DNA from: Candidatus Latescibacterota bacterium | GTDB lineage: Bacteria > Latescibacterota > UBA2968 > SICM01 | NCBI GenBank assembly: GCA_965217865.1 | Contig: CBDCJO010000002.1 | Location: 2,784,001 to 2,848,000, forward strand | Length of the DNA: 64,000 bases | Direction: 5' to 3' | Shown: positions 23,142 to 34,682 of the stretch, in pieces | How the letters are laid out: each line of letters opens with the position of its first letter | How positions within the stretch are numbered: position 1 is the first letter of the stretch | Made by a program: the position numbers and the translations under genes | The notes under the pieces: generated by a model | Databases searched by the model: none | The model's input: only the letters and a program-made list of their open reading frames with translations | What the model was told of the DNA's origin: nothing

Positions 23142-24095
23142 TCAGATTTTCTTCTTGATCAGCTTCTGCATTGAACGAAGCTCCCTGGGCGGATCCATCT
23201 TTCTGCCGTAATCGCTCCAGGACACCTCTGCAACATAGATATCCCCTTTGGAATCCACCGCAATGCCGTGAGGGGAGTAAAACCGTCCGGGCTCTTCTCC
23301 GTACGACAACTCGCCCAACCGGGCAAGCACGTTTCCCTGCCGGTCCATCACCGATACCCTTGGCCCCAGATTCGTTCCCACGGCATTGCTTGCGATACCG
23401 CAGAAATACTCTCCGACATACACCAGGGGATCTTCGCTGTCGTCCATGCAGATACAGGCCGCCCTGGACATGTCATTCCACTGCGCCTCAAACTTCCCGT
23501 TGCTGTCGAACACCTGGATACGTTGATTTTCCCGGTCGGCGACATACACGTAGCCTTCTTTGTCCACAATCACATTGTGCACGATATTGAACTGCCCGGG
23601 ATTCGTTCCCGACTCCCCCCAGGAAAACAGCAGCCGCCCGTCCGGATCGTATTTGTGTACCCGGGCGTTGCTGTAACCGTCGGCTACATACATATCCCCG
23701 GTGTTTGGATCCACCGCCAGGTGGGCGGGCAGGTTGAAAGGATCTCCGCTCATCACAGGCGCCGGATGTCCGGCCTGCAGTTCCATCAGCAGCTCTCCCC
23801 CGGTCGTGAACCTGCGCACCGAATGATCCCCCAGATCCACACAGTACACCGATCCATCGGGGCCGATCGTTACACCATGAGGGTTGGAAAATATCCCGTC
23901 CCCCCACGTATCGATCACGTCGCCTTCCGAATTGAACACCACCATCGGGTGCGTGCCGCGGTTGAAAACGTACACATTGTCTTTCCCGTCTACGGCAACC
24001 GCCGTCGCCTCCTTGTAAGTCCAGTCCTCGGAGATATTGCCCCAATCTTCTCCCGTGGTTTCATAAACATGATTTCCGGAACCCAATTCAACCAT
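23142..24095 (-). CDS. NHL-repeat peptidyl-alpha-hydroxyglycine lyase (PAL)-like protein
   Basis: VYVFNRG.HP, YVADGYSNARVHK, YVADRENQRIQVFD and PHGIAVDSKGDIYVAEV. Confidence 0.88.
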   Translation of the reverse strand: MVELGSGNHVYETTGEDWGNISEDWTYKEATAVAVDGKDNVYVFNRGTHPMVVFNSEGDVIDTWGDGIFSNPHGVTIGPDGSVYCVDLGDHSVRRFTTGGELLMELQAGHPAPVMSGDPFNLPAHLAVDPNTGDMYVADGYSNARVHKYDPDGRLLFSWGESGTNPGQFNIVHNVIVDKEGYVYVADRENQRIQVFDSNGKFEAQWNDMSRAACICMDDSEDPLVYVGEYFCGIASNAVGTNLGPRVSVMDRQGNVLARLGELSYGEEPGRFYSPHGIAVDSKGDIYVAEVSWSDYGRKMDPPRELRSMQKLIKKKI

Positions 24096-24382
24096 GTGTG
24101 CCTCCAATCTGCATATTCACCCGCTCCCCCGTTGCCACACGCAAGGTGATGACAAGAACAAAGGGCTCAGACATCCCGTTATGAATAATGAAATGCCATT
24201 GGGGAGTCAAGCCCAATCCCCCGATCATCCGATGGTTGAACCAGAATTCCGAATTAAGAAAAGCTTCACCGTGATTCACCTTTCTGCAGCTATCAGATTA
24301 TATTATCTTGTTGAGGACACGTCGAAGTTTTTCCGTTTGAACAGCGGCGGGTGGGAAGCCGAGACTAAAATCAGGACCTTCT

Positions 24383-24545
24383 TTCAGCGCCAACGGCGCG
24401 TTGTCCCTCAACCCAGGGCAACGCCCTGGGTCCTTGGAAGCAATAGCGTCGTGCGGCCTGAAGGGCCGCGATAATTTCACATCGACCCAATCTCTGCCCT
24501 GCATCCTGATTCATCTAGTTCTAGTGTTCAGCACAAAGATCCGGA
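24383..24545 (+). mobile_element. REP-like palindrome plus N-terminal relic of an IS200/Y1 (HUH) transposase
   Basis: CCCAGGGCAACGCCCTGGG..GCGGCCTGAAGGGCCGC, then (T)QSLPCILIHLVLVFSTKIR resembling the MPQSL..IHLVFSTK.R start of Y1 transposases. Confidence 0.6.
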
Positions 24546-24665
24546 TCGCGGACCGTTGGCCCGCTGATGCGTCGCCTCACAGAACCTCACTTCCAGCAAA
24601 AACCAGGAAGATCCGTCATTAAATATGATCGTGCGTGAAAATTCTAATCGAAAAGGATATCCATC

Positions 24666-25883
24666 ATGAAAATTAAAGATGTCAAGACATATGCCGTTGC
24701 GAACCCGCCTCCTCACCGGGGAGGTCCATATTTTGTTTTCTTGAAACTGACCACCGATGACAAAATTGAGGGCTTCGGCGAAGCCTACGGGGTTCCGTTT
24801 GGCCCGACCAAAGTAACACAGCTGATCGAAGACGTTGTGGAGCGGTACGTAATCGACTGAGACCCGTTCAAGATCGAACAGCTCTGGAGGATCATCTACT
24901 CAAGCGGGTATACCCAGCATCCCGACCTGACGCTCGTGGGGGTGCTCAGCGGCATTGAGATAGCATGCTGGGACATAATCGGCAAAGCCCTCAACCAGCC
25001 GATCTATAACCTGCTCGGCGGACGGGTCCACGAAAAGCTCTGTTCGTACACCTACCTTTACCCGTCACCCGAAGACCTGGAACAAAAAGGGGAAAACCAG
25101 GATCACCTGGGGATCGCCGATATATTCGGCGATCCCGAACGGGGGCCGAAAAGGGCTGTCCAATATGTCCAGCAGGGTTTCACCGCCTTGAAATTCGACC
25201 CCGTTATGCCGATGTCTGCCTTTGATCCCAGACAATTAAGCCTTGAGGCGCTCGACAATGCCGAGCTCGTCATTAAGAACATACGGCAGGCTGTGGGAAG
25301 CAAGTGTGACCTGCTTATAGGTACCCACGGCCAGATGACGACATCCAGTGCGATCCGCCTCGCCAGGAGGATGGAGCCGTTCGACCCGTTGTGGTTTGAG
25401 GAGCCGGTGCCACCCGAGAATAAGGACGAGATGGCACGTGTTGCCCGATCTACCAGTATCCCGATCGCCTCCGGTGAGCGTCTGGCCACGAAGTATGAGT
25501 TTGTCGAACTGCTCGGGAAACAGGCGGCTGCTATTATCCAGCCTGCACTTGGAAGAGTTGGGGGAATATTGGAGGCCAAGAAGATTGCCGGCATGGCGGA
25601 AGCGCACTATGCTCAGGTGGCCCCGCATCTATACTGCGGTCCCATAGAAGCGGCCGCCAATATACAGCTTGCGACGTGCAGCCCCAATTTCCTGATTCAG
25701 GAGAGCATTGAGACCTTCGGCAATTTCCACGCTGAAATCGTCAAAGAGCCGATTAGATGGGAGGACGGTTACATCATACCTCCCGAGAAACCGGGCCTGG
25801 GAATCGAGTTGAATGAAGTCGTCGCAGCCGAGAATCCCTATACCGGAACCCTGTTCCCAAAGATGGTGGAAAAACCAATCTAG
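24666..25883 (+). pseudogene. Mandelate racemase/muconate lactonizing enzyme family protein, in-frame TGA at 24858-24860
   Basis: SGIEIACWDIIGKA, KFDP, GTHGQ, WFEEP, GER and APHLY; both ORFs are in one frame. Confidence 0.88.
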
Positions 25884-26131
25884 AATCTCGGTTTGTGGGA
25901 AAACGAAACAGCAAAGAGGTTTATCGATTTCTCTTCGTCTTTGAGAAAGTTCAAATCAAAAATGTCATCCTGAGCCGAAGGCGAAGGATCTCTGTTTTAG
26001 AGTCTTACATTTCAACTTCTAAGCAAGATGCGGACATCTTTTTTGATTGCGGGAAGAAGCCCGCGATAGGATTTTAAGATCCCTATTTCCCCTGATCAGA
26101 GCCAAGCCTACCTCTAACAGAAAGGATCCCC

Positions 26132-26534
26132 GTGTCTCGTCTGCTTCACACCCGGATTCGGGTCGGTGACCTGGACCGATCCATCGACTTTTACTGCAAT
26201 CACCTCGGCTTCCAGGTAAAGTTCCGGACCGACAAATCTCCGTCCGGCAACCACATCGCTCTCATGGAACTTCCCGGCAACGAACACACGATCGAGTTGA
26301 CCTGGTCCCCAGATTACGACCTTAAAGTCCCGGAAGATCTTTTCCACCTGGCCATCGGGGTAGACGATCTGATCGTTTATTGCGATCGACTCGAAAAAAG
26401 CGGAATCGAAATCTGGCCAGACGGATGGCGTGAAAAAATTCGTTTCCGGAGACAAAATGGCCTTCATCGACGACCCGGACGGGTATGAAATCGAACTCCT
26501 GGAAGGCGATCCTGCTGATTTTTTGAAGTCCTGA
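26132..26534 (+). CDS. VOC/glyoxalase family protein (apparent +1 in an A6 run)
   Basis: LLHTRIRVGDLDRSIDFY, IELTW and FHLAIGV; the corrected frame gives MAFIDDPDGYEIELLE. Confidence 0.88.
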
Positions 26535-26658
26535 CCGGAGTTCATATCGCCCCGGAAAATTGCACTTCCGATGATCAAGACTTCACGACAAAAAAAAGGC
26601 CCCAATTCCAAACGAGACCTTTTCCTTTCTTGGTTGATCCGGACATTCAGGCTCGAAT

Positions 26659-28884
26659 TCATGCTTCAGCCGAGGACTGGTCAGCCCAGACGATACTGGG
26701 TTTCTCCCCTGTCGAATCCAGGTGGAACCGGACGCCTTTGAGCGAATCCTGGTGAAGAACCTCTTCTCCTCCTATGCGTAACCTGACCCCCCCATAGGCC
26801 GTATCCTGAACGTCAAGGCAGGCTCCCTTGGCTGCCTGTTCAATCTGCCCGCGGATCTTCTTCTGCTCCTGTTCCTGTTTCTCAATAACTTCTGCAAGCT
26901 GATTGGCCTTTTTGACATAATGAAGGATCTTGTTCTTCAGGTTAGGCTTCCGCGCGATAAGCTTTCGAATCTCTTCGGTCTTGAGGGCCTTAAGACCGAG
27001 AGCCTTGAGCAGGTTTTTTAAAAGGGTTCCAGCATAACGGGCCGCCTGGGCGGCCTTTTCCAATCCGGCATAGAGATCTGGATCCACACCCACAGCAACT
27101 AACGTTGCCGTTTCCCGGGAGGACCCGACGTTCCGGGAGGTTATCCCAAGGATCCCCCAGGTCTCCCCACCGACGATCCCCCCGCTGGTTCCTGCCCCGC
27201 GCCCTTCAACCTGCACACAGCCCCCTGATCGGACATAAGCACTGTGAACATAGCTTCCGATGACGACATCTCCACCCGCCTCGATCCGAGCATCGTGAAC
27301 GAATTTGGCCGTAACCGAACCGGATGCTTCGATCCGGGTTTCATTTCCGATAATTCCCTGACCGACGGTGACGCTTCCCCCGGATTTGACTTCAGCCCCG
27401 GCCTCAACGGTTTCGGACACCGAGACGTCGCCCGTTGCGGACACACGAAACCCACGTGTGATAGAACCCCGGATTTCGATGTTTCCACGAAAGTCGATGT
27501 TCCCCGTCCCATAACCGACATCGCCCGGAACCTGCGCGATAGGACGAACGGAGACCGTGTAGCGCATGAGGGGTTTGCCTTTGGTCGGGATTTCCGCAAC
27601 CTGAACGCTGGCGCCACCCTCCATTTCTGAGAAAAGTTTCTCGTTCCCTCCCTGTTTCTCCTGCCGAACGTTGTCCCCTGCGATCAGTTCCACTTCGGCC
27701 GGTTCAGAGAGGGTAATATCCTCGCCTTTGACAGTCTTCCCGGGCTTTCCCGCAACCGGTTGAGTCGTCTCGACCAGGAGCGCATCCTTTTCCACTGCCG
27801 GGAAAAGATTGCGCTCTTTGAAATCTATGGAGCCATCCGGCAATATCGCCCCAGCCCTTGACTGGTATGGAAAAGAGAAGTTTGCGGCCGCATCCTGCGG
27901 TTGTTCCGGAGGCACTCCGGACGCAAGGGGGATCAGGGTCTCCTTCAGGGTTCCTTTGTCCATTCCTTCACAGACCTCGGCAATCGCTCCTTCGTCGACT
28001 CCGATTGAGACGCCTGAAGCGGTCAACCCTGAACGGAGATGATCTGGGGAGATAGACTTTGATCCCGGAATTGGTGGGATGTTAAGGAAGCAGGCCTCCA
28101 GCCCGTCCGCCGCAATCCAGATCGGTGGAACCACAGACACCAGACCATCTAAGACCCCGCCGTAGCCGAAAGTTCGGGAAAGGTAATCAACGCCATTCGA
28201 TGCCAGTTCCACGCCGGATCCTGCTTGAAGCCCAGAGCTTCCGCCATCCTCCTGGGGAGAAGGCTGTATCGTTTGTCCCTGGACCCCAGTCCCCGGTTTC
28301 CCTTCATCAACAACCTTTACCGCGAGACAATCCCCGGGGCCCACCAGCCACGCGCTGATGGAGGAATCGGGACGGACCTCCTCCCGGTCCTTAAGCTCGA
28401 GGAGGCTGGATATGGGAGAGAGGGCCGGGAGCGCCTCAATACCTTCCGGAGGACAGTGTTTGATACGGGAGGGGGAAGGCGGCTTGGGAGGAACCCCTGT
28501 CGCCACGACGAGATCGTTGACGGACTGTTCGCTCTCTTGAGCGGTCTCAATTGCCTTTCGAATCGCCGCTTCTTCTATCTTTGTGTCCGGATAGATGGAT
28601 CGAACGGTGGCCTTGAGACCGTCATCGGAGATGTCCAGAGCGAGGTCCTCCTGGCTCTCCTGGTTGGCATCGGAAGTCTCTCCGGAGTCATCTTCCGTTT
28701 CTTCCGGAATATCTTCATCACCGGAGGGACTCTGAACGGGGGTTGCGGAGGGTTTCGGGCCGCCTTGTGGTGGTTCCGCGGGGGCATCCCCAGGCTCTTC
28801 CAGAAACCGGTCGATGTCATCGGTGTCAATCGAATCCGGTTCGGATTTGTTTTTATCCTGTTTTTTATTGGATCTTTTGGCCAT
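26659..28884 (-). CDS. FapA/DUF342 family protein
   Basis: GSIDFKER, GKPGKTVKG and VPGDVGYGTGNIDFRGNIEIRGSI..GIVGGE; acidic disordered N-terminus. Confidence 0.88.
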   Translation of the reverse strand: MAKRSNKKQDKNKSEPDSIDTDDIDRFLEEPGDAPAEPPQGGPKPSATPVQSPSGDEDIPEETEDDSGETSDANQESQEDLALDISDDGLKATVRSIYPDTKIEEAAIRKAIETAQESEQSVNDLVVATGVPPKPPSPSRIKHCPPEGIEALPALSPISSLLELKDREEVRPDSSISAWLVGPGDCLAVKVVDEGKPGTGVQGQTIQPSPQEDGGSSGLQAGSGVELASNGVDYLSRTFGYGGVLDGLVSVVPPIWIAADGLEACFLNIPPIPGSKSISPDHLRSGLTASGVSIGVDEGAIAEVCEGMDKGTLKETLIPLASGVPPEQPQDAAANFSFPYQSRAGAILPDGSIDFKERNLFPAVEKDALLVETTQPVAGKPGKTVKGEDITLSEPAEVELIAGDNVRQEKQGGNEKLFSEMEGGASVQVAEIPTKGKPLMRYTVSVRPIAQVPGDVGYGTGNIDFRGNIEIRGSITRGFRVSATGDVSVSETVEAGAEVKSGGSVTVGQGIIGNETRIEASGSVTAKFVHDARIEAGGDVVIGSYVHSAYVRSGGCVQVEGRGAGTSGGIVGGETWGILGITSRNVGSSRETATLVAVGVDPDLYAGLEKAAQAARYAGTLLKNLLKALGLKALKTEEIRKLIARKPNLKNKILHYVKKANQLAEVIEKQEQEQKKIRGQIEQAAKGACLDVQDTAYGGVRLRIGGEEVLHQDSLKGVRFHLDSTGEKPSIVWADQSSAEA

Positions 28885-28924
28885 AAGCAAGAATTGTGGT
28901 AGATCCCATCCAGGACCCCTAATC

Positions 28925-29398
28925 TTATGTGCGCGCCTGGTCCCTCAGGGAATTGAGGATGTCCATTACACTTACGATTCCGGAAATCTTGTCATTCTGA
29001 ACGATAATCACCCGATGTATGCGGTTGGTGACCATCAGGTCTGCGAGTTTCCCGATGGAGTCGTCATTCTCAGCGGTGATGACGTTTCGCGACATGATCC
29101 GGGATACAGGAAGGTCCAGGACTTTCGCCTCCGGCTCAAGGAGTCCGTAGGCATCTGACAAACCATCCATGGCCGGCGAGGTGTGAAAATCGGATTCTCC
29201 GATTTCAACGCGATCCTCTACTCCTCCGGAGATCAGATCGGTCATCGACACCACGCCAACCAGTCTGCTCTCCGCATTGATGACCGGAACCCCGCTGATC
29301 CCTCTCTTGTGAAGTATTTCCATCAATTCTCGAACAGTCATATCCTCCCGCGCGGTAATGACGGGATGGGTCATGATATCACTTGCAATAAGATCCAT
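28925..29398 (-). CDS. CBS-domain protein
   Basis: ASDIMTHPVIT..ISGVPVI..GVVSMTDL; IMSRNVIT..IHRVII..GIVSVMDI. Confidence 0.92.
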   Translation of the reverse strand: MDLIASDIMTHPVITAREDMTVRELMEILHKRGISGVPVINAESRLVGVVSMTDLISGGVEDRVEIGESDFHTSPAMDGLSDAYGLLEPEAKVLDLPVSRIMSRNVITAENDDSIGKLADLMVTNRIHRVIIVQNDKISGIVSVMDILNSLRDQART

Positions 29399-29802
29399 TC
29401 AAGGCCTCCTAATTCAACCGTTGACGAGAGGTCCAGATCCTGGGGAGGGATCTGTGATTCCAACCTCCCAGAGGTTGGCTACAGGTTCAAACAGGATAAT
29501 GCCTTACAAGCGAATTCTAACCCAATTGGGGTTACAGGTCAACGAAAAATTCCGATGCTTCGTTTGGCTCTCCACTGATCGGCTCGTCGTCGCACGATCG
29601 ATTAGATTGCAACCCCACGCGGATCGAGTCGTTCAATGAATGACGGTCTATTCTCCCCTCCGTCAAAGGCGTTGGCTTTTCCCTCCCGGTTAGCGCCTGG
29701 GCCCGCTCGGTATGATCCGACGGGCCTTTCATTTCCCCCCTAACCCTTCTTCCATTTTTTCTTGACCCCTTTTTTTTTACCTTATATTGTTTTCGTAACT
29801 TA

Positions 29803-32800
29803 ATGCTTTACTTGAAGTTCCTGTTGATGTTCGCCAGTGTCGAGTCCACAACCCTGGGACAGGACACCAGCCTCAATTACATACCGACTATCCCCCCAAG
29901 CTTGATGAATCCGACACCTCAGAATCCTCCGAGAACGGCCCCCCACAAATCCGTAAAAAGCGGAATCTATGTCCTGGGGTGCATCGCCGTGTCTCTTGCA
30001 GGGGTCGATGGTTGGGCTGCGACCGCGACCAGCGGGATGGGCACGCCAACACTTGCCCGACTCTCCTTCTGGGTCCACGGCGAAAAGATGAGGGAGTTCG
30101 AAACCGCCTATCAGACGAAGGTGGTGCCGATTCTAGCGCGGCACGGCCTGGTGGCGTCCGCCAGGAAATCCCGCTCGGCCTCGGAGGGAATCTTCAGCCG
30201 GCTTTTCGAGCTGGAAACGCCATCCGAGGTCCAGGTGGTGGACAAGGCCCTCCGGGAAGATCCGGCATTTGGAGGAATCATGCGGGAACTGGGGCCTGTC
30301 TTCGGAACGAATAAGGCCGACGGCCAGATTCTTCACAGTTTTATGATCTACACCTCACCGGCCGGTCCGGGAACCGTGGTGCGTGCGGGGTCGGGAAAAG
30401 TGGTTCCCGCGGGCGCGGGGAAGGGCCACTGGCGCACCTACGATGTGACGGATGGTCTCGGAGGGAGCAGAATAAACTCGATTTTGCAAGACAGGGATGG
30501 ATATCTCTGGTTTTGCACCAATGGCGGTGCAAGCCGATATGATGGACGAACCTTTAAAACATTCACCACACAAGACGGCCTGGGAAACAACAGGGTGTTT
30601 TCGATCCTTCAGGATAGGCAGGGTTACCTCTGGTTCGGAACCTGGGAGGGCGTAAGCCGGTACGATCCTTCGACAAGCTCAGGAGGTGCTTCTTCGACAA
30701 ACCTGGCCGGAGCGGAGCCTACACCGGGAGAGCCCAGCGGGCCGGACCTGCCGAGTGGCTCAGGGAAAACCGTTACAACCTACACCCCCAAAGACGGCCT
30801 TGCGGACAAGTCCGTTTTTTCGATCCTTCAGGACAGGGACGGGATGATCTGGTTAGGTTCCCCTAACGGGGGTGTGACCCGCTATGATCCTTCAGGTGGT
30901 GGATTTGCCATCTTGGACACGAAAGGCAGGGTCGCAAACACTGTGAGCTCGATCCTTCAGGATCGGGAGGGTTATTTCTGGTTCTCCACGCTGGGGGGTG
31001 GTGTGAGCCGGTATGATCCTTCTTGGCCAACGCGGGGAACAAGCTCGGGACAGGACGGGATTGAGTGGATCAAATTTACCACAAAAGATGGCCTGGCGGA
31101 TAACTATGTGTATTCGATCTTTCAAGACCGGGACAATCACATCTGGTTCGCCACCAATGGGGGCCTGAGCCGGTATGATGGATCGACTTTTTCAAACTTC
31201 ACGGTAAAAGACGGTCTGGCGAACAATACGGTGATCTCGATCCTCCAGGATCGGGATGGATATTTCTGGTTCTCCACTTACGATGGCCTGAGCCGGTATA
31301 ATGGATCGACGTTTTCGAACTTCACGGTAAAAGACGGCCTGGCGAACAATTATATGGCATCGAGTTATCAAGATCGGGAGGGATACATCTGGTTCGGCAC
31401 CTTGACCGGGGCTGTGAGCCGATACGATGGAGAAGCCTTCACCACCTTCACAACTGAAGACGGCCTGGGGGACAATGCGGTTATGTCGATCTCTCACGAT
31501 CGGAAGGGACATCTCTGGTTCGGTACAGCGGACGGCCTGAGCCTGTATGATGGTCGGACCTTTACCACATTTACCACAAGAGACGGCTTAGCACACAATA
31601 CTGTTATGTCGGTCTTTCAGGATCGGGAAGGGCATCTCTGGTTCGGAACCGGAGGGGGTCTGAGCCGGTATGATGGTGATACATTTGCTACTTTTACCGC
31701 CCGGGATGGTCTCGCACACGATGTTGTGATATCGATCTTTCAGGACCGGGAGGGGCATCTCTGGTTTGGAACCAAAGACGGGGTTAGCCGATATGAACCC
31801 TCGACACGCTCAGGGGATATCAAGGGGACTTTTACCACATTCACGGCACAGGATGGGTTGGGATATGATCAGGTGATGTCGATCTTTCAGGACACCGAGG
31901 GAAATCTCTGGTTCGGAACCGAAGGCGGGGGGGTGAGCAGATATGATGGGGATGTCCTGACCACGTTCACCACCAGGGACGGCCTTGCGGACGTTAGTAT
32001 CGGCAGATCTTCCATTCTTCAGGATCGGGAGGGCTATCTCTGGTTCGGCACCCAGACCGGCGGGATGAGCAGGTTCGATCCTTCCGCGAGCTCAGGACAT
32101 GCGTTTACGACATTCACCACAAGAGACGGCCTCGCGAACAATCAAGTAACGTCCGCCTTTAAGGACCGCGACGGAAATCTCTGGTTTGGAACCGGAGGCA
32201 GAGGTGTGAGCCGTTATGACGGGACGGCCTTTACCACCTTCACCACCCAAGACGGTCTGGCAGCCAGCCAGGTTTCCTCGATTTTCCAGGACCGGGAGGG
32301 ATATCTCTGGTTCGGCACCTCAAGTGGCGTGACCCGCTATCGCACCCAGGCGCCTTCGCCCCCCCCCCGTGTCCATCCACGCAGTGGTTGCCGACCACCG
32401 CTATGTGGGGGAGTCCGAAATCTCGATTCCATCGAGTGTGAAGCTTGCGGCTTTTGAGTTCGGAGGGATAAGCTTCAAGACACGGCCTGAGGCCATGTTC
32501 TATCGATACCGGTTGAAGGGCTACGATCAGGATTGGAAATCGACGCACAGCCGTCGGGTGGAATATGAGGACCTCCCGAGAGGAAGCTACACCTTTGAGG
32601 TAAAGGCCGTGGATCGGGACCTGGTCCCCTCCGGGAGCCCGGCCACCGTTGCTTTGATCGTGCATTTGCCCTACGAGAGAATCCTGTGGCTTTCTGCGTT
32701 GAGCATCGCGGTCCTGCTCGTAGCGTTGCAGGCGGCGAGGGTTATCCAGCGGGACAGGAGGCTGCGGGAGACCAACCTAAAGCTCGATGAATCCAACCGG

Positions 32801-34165
32801 GCCATGTCGTCAGCGAACAAAGAGCTGTTTGAGATCAACAAGGCGCTTCAACTGGCCAAAAGGCAGGCGGAACGGGAGCGGGCTGAAGACCGGGTGCGTG
32901 CGGAGATCGCAACGATGAGAGAAAGCACAGACCTGCAGAATATCACCCCTCTGATCGTGAAGGAGCTGGCGGACCTTGACGTGGGTTTCTCCCGGTGCGG
33001 GGTCTTCATCGTGGATGAGGGAAAAAAGCAGATCAGCCTCTACCTGAGTACCCCTGAGGGGAAACCCCTGGGCGCCGTGGACCTGGACCTTGATACGGAC
33101 CATCCCCTCCTCCAGAGCATGGTGGATCACTGGCGGAAAAAGGAGGTCTTCACGCACCCCTTGGACGCGCAGGCCTTCCTCGACTGGATGCAATTCCTAC
33201 AGGAGCAGGGCCAGTCCATCGAACCGGAGGAGTACATGGATGGTGAGGCCCCGCCCGACCTCCTGATCATCCACAACGTACCCTTCTCTCACGGGAGTCT
33301 CTACGTGGGAAGCCCGTCCCCCCTCCCCGAGGAGGACTTGGAACTGGTGAAAGGCCTTGCGGATGCCTTCTCCGTTGCCTACGCCCGATACCTGGACTTC
33401 GGACGGTTGGAGGAGCGGAATCGACAATTGACGGAAGCCAACCGGGAGGTTGAGCGCGCGAACCAGGCCAAAAGCACTTTTCTGGCAAACATGTCTCACG
33501 AACTGCGCACCCCCCTTAATTCGGTCATCGCCATGTCGGACATCCTCCTGGAGAAATACTTCGGCGATCTGACCCAACAGCAGGAGGACTACGCGAAAGA
33601 CATTCGGGAAAGCGGGCAGCTCCTCCTTTCCCTGATCAACGACATATTGGATCTGTCTAAGGTTGAGGCGGGCCACAGCCCCCTTGAGCTTTCAGAAGTG
33701 GACCTCAAGAACCTGCTGGAGGGCAGCCTGACCGTCGTCCGGGAACGTGCCCTGAAGCACGGGATTGCCCTGTCGTGTGAGGTCGCGGAGGACCTGCCCA
33801 CGATTTCGGGCGATGCGCGAAAGTTAAAGCAGGCGATTTACAACCTGCTTTCGAACGCCGTGAAATTTACCCCCGATCAGGGAAAAGTGGGCCTGGAAGC
33901 GAGACAGGAGGATGATCGGATTCGGGTCTGCGTTTGGGACACGGGCATTGGGATTCCGCAGGAGGACCAGGAGAAGGTGTTTGGAGAGTTTGAACAGTCA
34001 GATGGCTCGTTGACCAAGAAGTATGAAGGAACGGGATTGGGGTTGGCGCTCGTGAAGCGATTTGTGGAGCAACACGGCGGGGGCATATGGTTGGAAAGCG
34101 AGGTTGGAGAGGGAAGCCGGTTCTGCTTTACCCTGCCGCTTAAGCCGCCCGAAGAACAGGCATAG
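29803..34165 (+). CDS. Beta-propeller (Reg_prop/YYY) sensor histidine kinase; frameshift in a poly-C run; start uncertain
   Basis: About 14 QDREG.LWFGT..GVSRYD repeats, YYY domain (YRYRLKGYD), TM, GAF-like region, FLANMSHELRTP, NLLSNAVKFT and GTGLGL; frame break at the C run 32359-32368. Confidence 0.9.
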
Positions 34166-34238
34166 GACAAATAGTTGGGAGCCACGGCGGGGGTCGGAGG
34201 ACGGCCACACCCCATGAACGTCCCAAAGGGAGGGAACC

Positions 34239-34625
34239 ATGTCCGAATACAAGGTATTGATCGTGGAGGACAATAAGATCAACATGAAAATTATGCGGGA
34301 CCTGTTGGGGGTACACGGTTATCAAACCCTGGAGGCCGGTGATGGTCCCGTCGGCATGGACATGGCTCAAAAACATCGGCCGGACCTGATCCTGATGGAC
34401 ATCCAGCTGCCCACGATGAACGGCTATGACGTCACCCGAAAGCTCAAAGAACAGGACGATACAAAAGACATTCCGATCGTTGTCGTCACATCCCTTGCGA
34501 TGAAGGGGGAGAAAGATCAGGCGCGAGAAGCCGGTTGTGATGCCTATATCAGCAAGCCGATCGATATTCACAAATTTATTGAGACTGTGAAGGGGTTTCT
34601 GCCGGAAAAGGACCCGTCTGAATGA
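34239..34625 (+). CDS. Single-domain response regulator (DivK-like)
   Basis: [18 protein letters not shown] and GCDAYISKPID. Confidence 0.95.
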   Translation: MSEYKVLIVEDNKINMKIMRDLLGVHGYQTLEAGDGPVGMDMAQKHRPDLILMDIQLPTMNGYDVTRKLKEQDDTKDIPIVVVTSLAMKGEKDQAREAGCDAYISKPIDIHKFIETVKGFLPEKDPSE

Positions 34626-34682
34626 TCAGAACTGATGTTCCGCACAGGCCGCCCATTCGATCCCACTTCCGGAGACCGACAT

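Noticed and set aside
24858-24860. TGA in the mandelate racemase gene as selenocysteine
   Set aside because: It is a non-catalytic variable position with no Cys context and no convincing SECIS.
30430-32340. Periodic nucleotide repeats resembling a CRISPR array
   Set aside because: They are in-frame beta-propeller coding repeats with synonymous variation, and there are no cas genes.
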